Part shown: positions 29,253 to 34,863 of the stretch, piece after piece | How positions within the stretch are numbered: the first letter of the stretch is position 1 | Layout: each line of letters begins with the position of its first letter | Source of the DNA: Candidatus Iainarchaeum sp. | Lineage (GTDB): Archaea > Iainarchaeota > Iainarchaeia > Iainarchaeales > JAZDDZ01 | Length of the DNA: 34,863 bases | Reading direction: 5' to 3' | Assembly (NCBI GenBank): GCA_043809245.1 | Contig: JAZDDZ010000051.1 | Coordinates: forward strand, 1 to 34,863 | The notes under the pieces: model-generated | Told to the model about the DNA's origin: nothing | Database searches by the model: none | Seen by the model: only the letters and a program-made list of their open reading frames with translations | Position numbers and translations under genes: made by a program

Positions 29253-30209
29253 TCAATTTCCTTTTTTCAGGCGGTAAAGGATTTCTTCCTGTATTTTCCT
29301 CTGCCTGTCCCACATGTCAGCAATCAGCGCCAAAACAATCAAAAGGAAGCCGACGACAATCAATACAATGTCCGCATATGCAACCCATGTGTAAGGCGTT
29401 ATCACATGCTTCACAAGAAGCCTCACCAATAAAACAAGCGCTGAAATTCCTCCAGCCAGCAGGAAAACAAAGCCTATTCCCCCGAAAAACCTCAAAGGAT
29501 GGTGGTCCCTTACCGCGCGAACCATTATCAGCAGCGCCTTTACACCGTAGCTGTACCAATGCTCCACTACCCTTGATTTTCCCGTGCTCCGTTCGCCTTT
29601 CACTTCCAATGCAACTTCTTTTACCCTGAAGCCCTTGTAAACCAAATCAAGCAATGCCTCCTGCGTGTAAGTGAATTTTCCAAAGAGCGTCAAGCGAAGC
29701 GCAGCCTCCCTTGTGTACGCGCGGAAACCGCACTGTGTATCCGTAAACCTTTCCCCTGTCAGATAATTCACAAGCCAAGTGAAGAGGTTGTTGCCAAACC
29801 TCTTAATCCAGGGCATTTTCGGTGCAAGGGCTTTTTCCTTGAACCTAGAGCACGTTACAACTTCCGCCTGATTGTTCAGTATTGGCGAAATAAGTTTCGG
29901 AATGTCCTGCGCGTTGAACTGCCCATCTGCATCAATGTTCACTATGATGTCTGCGCCTGATTCAATCGCTTTTTCAATTCCAGTGCGGAAAGCAACTCCT
30001 AATCCCTTGTTGGTTTCATGCAATTCAATGAAGTCCGCGCCGGCATTCCTTGCCTTCTGGATTGTTTTATCCACGCTTCCGTCGTCAACAACAATTATTT
30101 TAACAGAGGAAATTCCCTCTATTTTTCGCGGCACTGCCTGAACAACTTCCGCGATTGTTTTCTCCTCGTTGAACGCGGGAATTATCACAGCGAGCTTTTG
30201 CGCAGCCAT
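29253..30209 (-). CDS. GT2 glycosyltransferase with two C-terminal TM helices
   Basis: IPAFNEE, VDDGS.D, IDADGQ, DTQCGFRA. Confidence 0.9.
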   Translation of the reverse strand: MAAQKLAVIIPAFNEEKTIAEVVQAVPRKIEGISSVKIIVVDDGSVDKTIQKARNAGADFIELHETNKGLGVAFRTGIEKAIESGADIIVNIDADGQFNAQDIPKLISPILNNQAEVVTCSRFKEKALAPKMPWIKRFGNNLFTWLVNYLTGERFTDTQCGFRAYTREAALRLTLFGKFTYTQEALLDLVYKGFRVKEVALEVKGERSTGKSRVVEHWYSYGVKALLIMVRAVRDHHPLRFFGGIGFVFLLAGGISALVLLVRLLVKHVITPYTWVAYADIVLIVVGFLLIVLALIADMWDRQRKIQEEILYRLKKGN

Positions 30210-30349
30210 AAGTTAAGTTTTCACCAATTGCTTTAATTGCCTTTCCCCTGCGTTCATTTGCTTTTTGTACCATAAGATTTATTTTAAAAGAACCTGAAAT
30301 TCTTCCGCTTTTTGCTTGTTTTAAAAACCTATTCGGGGAACTTTTATCT

Positions 30350-31867
30350 ATGCGAATCACAGCCACAAGACTTCTTTTTCTGGCAATCGTTTTAGGCATT
30401 CTCGCAAGGGCAATCGCATTCTTTTTCCTTCCAGAAACAGCGTTCACTGATGCATTGCATCACTTGGTCGGCGCGAGAAACATAATCTCTTCAGGCGCAC
30501 TTCTTCCCTCAAATGACTTCACTTTTTACTCGGTTGTCTCATCCCCGCTCTACTATCTTATCACAGCCGGCGCTTTTCTTTTCTCTGCGCTTCCGTTTGA
30601 ATTCCCTTTCCTTCGCCTGCTCCCGCTTATCTTTTCGGCGCTGCTGCTTTTGCTGTCATATCTTTTCCTGAAAAGGCTTTTTCCCGAAAAATGGCTCTGG
30701 GGATTCGCATTCATGGCTTCAATTCCCTGGCTTGTGATTTACGGGGCGCTGAATTACCAGGATGTGCTTGCAGCGGTTTTCGTTCTGCTTTCCCTTTACT
30801 TCCTTTTGCTTTTCGGCAAAACCTCTTCTCGCAGCTATCTCCTGCTTTTGGCGCTTTCCCTTTTCGCGCTCGCGGTTTCAAAGGCAAACGCGGTTGTTTT
30901 CCTTCCATTCCTAGTTATTTTTGCTTTCCTTGAAATGCATTCAAAGAAATTTTCATGGAAGCACACAGCAATCTTTTCGCTTGTGCTCTTGCTTGCCGCT
31001 TTTTTCTGGCTCCCGCTTTCCGCGCACAATTATCAGGATGTCTCCGAAAGCTTTGCTGGCAGGGAAACAGGCCTTGCGCTTGAAAGTTTCTCGGGCAGGC
31101 TTTCGGAGTTAAATCCGCTTTCATTCACGGCTTTATCACACGCCTACATTTACGGTTTTCCGCCAATTGACTCATTTTCATCGCTTGGCTTTTCATTTGC
31201 AGACCCTTGGCTTTTGCTGGCATTATTCTCGCTTGTTGTCCTTCCATTGACTGCCGCGATTCTTTTTGGCGCAAAAAAAATATTTGTGGGAAAAGACGCT
31301 TTCCTCAAAAACTGCGTTTACATCGCGGTCATCGGGCTTCTTTTCGTTGTCTTCATAACTTTGACGGACCCGCGTTCATTGGGCGCGATTTACACCCGCT
31401 ACTTCATTCCCGCAATGCCCTTGCTTGCAGTGCCATTCGTTGCAGGTGTGAGCGCAATCAAAAGCGATGCATTCAAAAAAATCGTTCTCGCCTCGCTTGT
31501 TTTGTTCGCATTATTTTCCCTTGCATATGTTTCATTCACTTCCCTTTACTATAACGGCATAGCGGAAAAGCACGCCCCCTTGTACGAGTTCTCCAAATCC
31601 CTGCCGAAGGACAGCAAGGTTTTCGCCTTGAGGGAGGGAAGGGCAATCGCATTTTATGCAGGGGTTAACTTTGACAGGAACGAGGAGATTATCCGGGAAA
31701 GCGAAGCGGACTTTTATTCTTACCTTAAATCCAACGGCTTTTCGCATGTCGTTAAAAGCTGTTACAGGGACGATTTAAGCATTGAAGAATTGGATGAAAT
31801 GGAAGGGAAAGGACTGCTTTTGGAAATTTTTTCCGACCAATGCTCCGCGGTCTATGAGGTAAAGTGA
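30350..31867 (+). CDS. ArnT/PMT-like (GT-C) glycosyltransferase
   Basis: First-loop Asp (FTDALHH), PLYY, conserved D and K in later loops (YQD, VSK), RYFIP; many TM segments. Confidence 0.72.
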   Translation: MRITATRLLFLAIVLGILARAIAFFFLPETAFTDALHHLVGARNIISSGALLPSNDFTFYSVVSSPLYYLITAGAFLFSALPFEFPFLRLLPLIFSALLLLLSYLFLKRLFPEKWLWGFAFMASIPWLVIYGALNYQDVLAAVFVLLSLYFLLLFGKTSSRSYLLLLALSLFALAVSKANAVVFLPFLVIFAFLEMHSKKFSWKHTAIFSLVLLLAAFFWLPLSAHNYQDVSESFAGRETGLALESFSGRLSELNPLSFTALSHAYIYGFPPIDSFSSLGFSFADPWLLLALFSLVVLPLTAAILFGAKKIFVGKDAFLKNCVYIAVIGLLFVVFITLTDPRSLGAIYTRYFIPAMPLLAVPFVAGVSAIKSDAFKKIVLASLVLFALFSLAYVSFTSLYYNGIAEKHAPLYEFSKSLPKDSKVFALREGRAIAFYAGVNFDRNEEIIRESEADFYSYLKSNGFSHVVKSCYRDDLSIEELDEMEGKGLLLEIFSDQCSAVYEVK

Positions 31868-31877
31868 GGCGTTTGGT

Positions 31878-33354
31878 TTGAGCACTGCGAAAAGAATTGT
31901 GAAGAACACTTTCTTCATGCTTGCGGGCAACTTTGTTTCGCTGGCAATTTCATTCATTTTACTCATAATAATCGCAAGGGAGCTTGGAGCAGCAGCTTTC
32001 GGGGTTTACAGCTTTATTTTCGCTTTCCTCGGCTATTTTTACATCATCTCCGATTTCGGCATGAACAATTACATCATCCGCGAGATTGCAAGGGAAAAAG
32101 AAAAACCCAGGGAACTTTTCGGCGAAATTTTGGGCGCAAAAATAGTGCTCTCCCTGCTTTCCTTTGTTTTGCTGTCAATTTCCTTCACGATTGTTGGCGG
32201 AGCCTATTCCCCTCTTTTGATGCTGTTGCTTTACCTTGCAGCGCTTTCAACCCTTGCAACAACAGTCATCCAGCTTGTGACCTATTCAATGCAGGGCTTT
32301 GAGGACATGCTCTCAGGGCAGAAGATAACTATCCTTAACAAGGTTCTGATTTTCTCATTCACCATTGCCGCACTTTTCTATGGCTTGAAGCTGGAGGGCA
32401 TAGTGCTTGCATATGTTGCAGCGACTTTTATAACCGCTCTTGCTGCTTTTGCCTTTTTTTCAAGAAAATATTTTTTCCAAAGGCCATTGATGCATCCTGG
32501 CAGGTGGAAGGAGCTAATAATTGCGGCAATACCATTCGGCATTCTCTGGTTTTTCCTCACAGTATATTTCAATACGGGGATTGTTTTCCTTTCCTTTCTC
32601 AAGGGTGACGTTTCAGCAGGCATTTACAGCGCGGCTTACAGGATAATTTATGCGCTTTCTTTCTTGCCTATGGCTTTGACGGCCTCAATTTTTCCCGCGG
32701 TCTCAAAGGCGCACATTCTCTCCAAGGAAACTGTCAAAAGCATCTGCGAGAAATCCGTGAAAAATCCTTCTCGCGATTTCGGTGCCGCTTTTTGCCGGCG
32801 CCATGCTGTTGGGCGACCGCATAATACTCCTGTTTTATTCAAGCGAGTTTGCTGCTTCCTCTGTTGTTCTAAAGCTACTCACATTTGCGGCAATCTTCAT
32901 GTTTATCCAGCTTGGCTTGGGTTCGATATTAATGGCTTCAACCGGGAATGAAAAGAAATACGTTAAAGCGATAATGCTTGGGGTGATTCTTAATGTAGCG
33001 CTCAACCTTGCGCTGATTCCCTCGCTTGACTTTGTGGGCGCGGCTCTCGCGGTGGTCATCGCAGAGGTTGTATTCTTTTTCGTTTCATTCCATTACGTGC
33101 TGAAGGAAATAGCGCTTGACCTGAAAGCACTTCTTTTTTCCCTTCTGAAAATAACTGCGGCATCAGCTGTAATGTCCGCGGTTCTGCTGCTCTTGTTCGG
33201 ACTGAATGTCCTCTTCCTCGTTGCATTGGGCGCGGTTGTTTTCATTTTATGCGCTTTCCTTTTACGCGCATTCAGCGAAGAGGAACTTGGGCTTATCAGG
33301 AAGGTGCTGGGGCTCTCAAAGCCGCAAACAAACGGGGCTAATGGAAATGAGTAA
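31878..33354 (+). pseudogene. Wzx-family flippase split by a +1 frameshift (pseudogene or assembly error)
   Basis: ORFs 31878-32951 and 32782-33354 are N- and C-terminal parts; removing one A from the A5 run at 32760-32764 gives ...EKSVKILLAISVPLFAG... and a 491-aa protein. Confidence 0.8.
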
Positions 33355-34042
33355 AAGGAAAACAAGCTATTGGAGCGCGCCTGACACTATTGCAAGGTAT
33401 GGCGCGGTGAAGAAGCTGCTTGAAGGGGAATTCTTGGGCAAAGATAAAGTTAAAATTCTCGATTTGGGCGGCGGCGCACTGGGCCTAGCTGAATTTTTGC
33501 CGGAAAAATTTGAAGTGACAATCGCTGATTTGGATGAAGGCCTTGTAGCGCAGGCAAAAAAGAACGGCCTGAACGCAGTTAAGGCTGATGGCGCTTCCCT
33601 GCCTTTCAAGGAAAGCGAATTTGATGCAGCTGTGTCAGTCGCATCACTTGAGCACGTTCCAAAGGAAAAAAGAACAGCCTATTGCTCGGAGCTCAAGAGG
33701 GTTTCAAAGAAAGCGGTTGTTGTTTACGTTCCCTCCGGCAGGGCCGCGGCTTTTGCCGACAAGTTTTTGTTCCACTACCGCAAAGTTCTGGGTGTGAAGG
33801 ACAACTGGACAGGGGAGCATATCAAACAAGGGCTGCCTTCCGAGGCAGAGCTTTTGCAGTGGTTTCCCGACGCGAAAATAAAGCGCATCCAGAACGTCCT
33901 TGTGTGGATTGGCTCAATGAAGGCAATGAACATTCCATATCTTAACAGTTTTTTGCCCGGCTTGGTCAATGGGGTTCTTTTTTTCTTTCAATTGCTTCCG
34001 CCTTATTATGGCAGGGTTTTGTTCTGGAGGAAAAGCGCATGA
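33347..34042 (+). CDS. Class I SAM-dependent methyltransferase
   Basis: ILDLGGG, ADGASLPF..SEFD, SLEHV; start at MSKRK overlapping the flippase stop. Confidence 0.85.
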   Translation: MSKRKTSYWSAPDTIARYGAVKKLLEGEFLGKDKVKILDLGGGALGLAEFLPEKFEVTIADLDEGLVAQAKKNGLNAVKADGASLPFKESEFDAAVSVASLEHVPKEKRTAYCSELKRVSKKAVVVYVPSGRAAAFADKFLFHYRKVLGVKDNWTGEHIKQGLPSEAELLQWFPDAKIKRIQNVLVWIGSMKAMNIPYLNSFLPGLVNGVLFFFQLLPPYYGRVLFWRKSA

Positions 34043-34692
34043 AATACAACGAATTCAACGAATTTGAATTTGGGGCGCATGCAATTGCATTGAAGCTTGT
34101 GCCAAAAGTAAGCAGGGTTTTGGAGCTTGGCTGTGCTTCGGGTTTTTTCTCGCAGAGGCTGAAGGAAAATGGCTGCTCTGTTGTCGGGATTGACTTTGAT
34201 GCTGAGGCGCTTAAAAAAGCGAAGCCTTTCTGCGATAAAACAATTGCCGCGGACCTTGACGTGGTTTCATCGCTTCCATTGGAAAAAAATTCATTTGATT
34301 TCGCGCTTGCAATGGATGTATTGGAGCACCAGAGAAACCCGTCCAACACGCTTTCGCTTGCATTGCCTTTGCTTAAAAAAGGCGGAACGCTTGTTGTTTC
34401 AACCCCGAACATCGCGAACTGGAAAATCCGTTTGAAGCTTTTGTTCGGGAAATTTTCTTACACGAAAAAAGGCATAATGGATGAGGGCCATGCGCATTTC
34501 TTCACACGGGATTCCCTGAAGCAATTGCTTGAAGCAAGCGGCTTTTCGGTGAAGGAATGGGCTTACTCCTCAGGCTTCCCTTTCCCTAACCCGTTTAAAT
34601 GGCGCGCAATTGAATCATTCAAGCACTTAATTTCAACAATTCTGCCCGGAATTTTCTCCTTCCAGCTTATAGCGGTTGCGGAGAAAAGATAG
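34039..34692 (+). CDS. Class I SAM-dependent methyltransferase (UbiG-like fold)
   Basis: VLELGCASG, DVLEH, STPN, GIMD.GH.HFFT. Confidence 0.88.
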   Translation: MKYNEFNEFEFGAHAIALKLVPKVSRVLELGCASGFFSQRLKENGCSVVGIDFDAEALKKAKPFCDKTIAADLDVVSSLPLEKNSFDFALAMDVLEHQRNPSNTLSLALPLLKKGGTLVVSTPNIANWKIRLKLLFGKFSYTKKGIMDEGHAHFFTRDSLKQLLEASGFSVKEWAYSSGFPFPNPFKWRAIESFKHLISTILPGIFSFQLIAVAEKR

Positions 34693-34724
34693 TCATCTTT
34701 TGCCCAAAATTGGGTCTTATGAAA

Positions 34725-34863
34725 GTAAGTGCTAACCGCTTATGGCTTTTTTGAGTGTTGGGTAGAGGGGTTTGCCTTGTTGTTTCCATGTGGCGAACAT
34801 GGAGGCGATTGTTTCCATTGTTCGTGCGCCGGTTTCGCGGCGTAGTCCGCCAATGATTTTTCT
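34725..34863 (-). mobile_element. IS66-family insertion sequence, right end (partial)
   Basis: Terminus reads GTAAGTGCTAAC from 34725; GTAA is the conserved IS66 end and abuts the transposase stop. Confidence 0.7.
34732..34863 (-). CDS. IS66-family transposase, C-terminal fragment
   Basis: Manual translation RKIIGGLRRETGARTMETIASMFATWKQQGKPLYPTLKKAISG*, matching the IS66 RK..GG.R...GA......S...T.K.QG pattern; not in ORF track. Confidence 0.78.
   Translation of the reverse strand, partial: RKIIGGLRRETGARTMETIASMFATWKQQGKPLYPTLKKAISG

Noticed and set aside
32765-32951. Hydrophilic C-terminal tail of ORF 31878-32951 as a real domain
   Set aside because: It is out-of-frame read-through after the frameshift
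33206-33346. Extended N-terminus of the methyltransferase
   Set aside because: It overlaps the flippase C-terminal coding region; ATG 33347 (or 33341) fits translational coupling
1-34863. Composite transposon carrying the glycan cluster
   Set aside because: The flanking IS belong to different families and share no terminal repeats

Overview
Archaeal-type surface-glycan biosynthesis island, inferred to come from a DPANN-like lineage (TATA-like promoters, GGTG/GGAG ribosome-binding sites, dolichol-phosphate sugar synthase-like GT2s, archaeal TA and IS types). It is bracketed by two truncated insertion sequences missed by the ORF track: an IS481-like element at the left edge and an IS66-like element at the right edge. 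It encodes nucleotide-sugar enzymes (two nucleotidyltransferases, a Gmd/Rmd-like SDR, Ugd, a UDP-GlcA decarboxylase carrying a 338-aa LAGLIDADG intein, a WecC/WbpA-like dehydrogenase and a perosamine-synthase-like aminotransferase). It also encodes three GT2s, one GT4, three GT-C-like membrane proteins, two Wzx flippases (one frameshifted) and an LPG-synthase-TM protein. Five cobalamin-binding radical SAM enzymes and three class I methyltransferases are interleaved with these genes. Accessory cargo comprises two tandem RelE-type TA modules with palindromic operators, an AT-rich HNH nuclease, and a DUF3800/RNase H-like gene followed by a structured, internally repeated ~80-nt element with its own antisense TATA box (candidate protein-ncRNA system). 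All family calls come from motif recognition by eye; no database searches were run.
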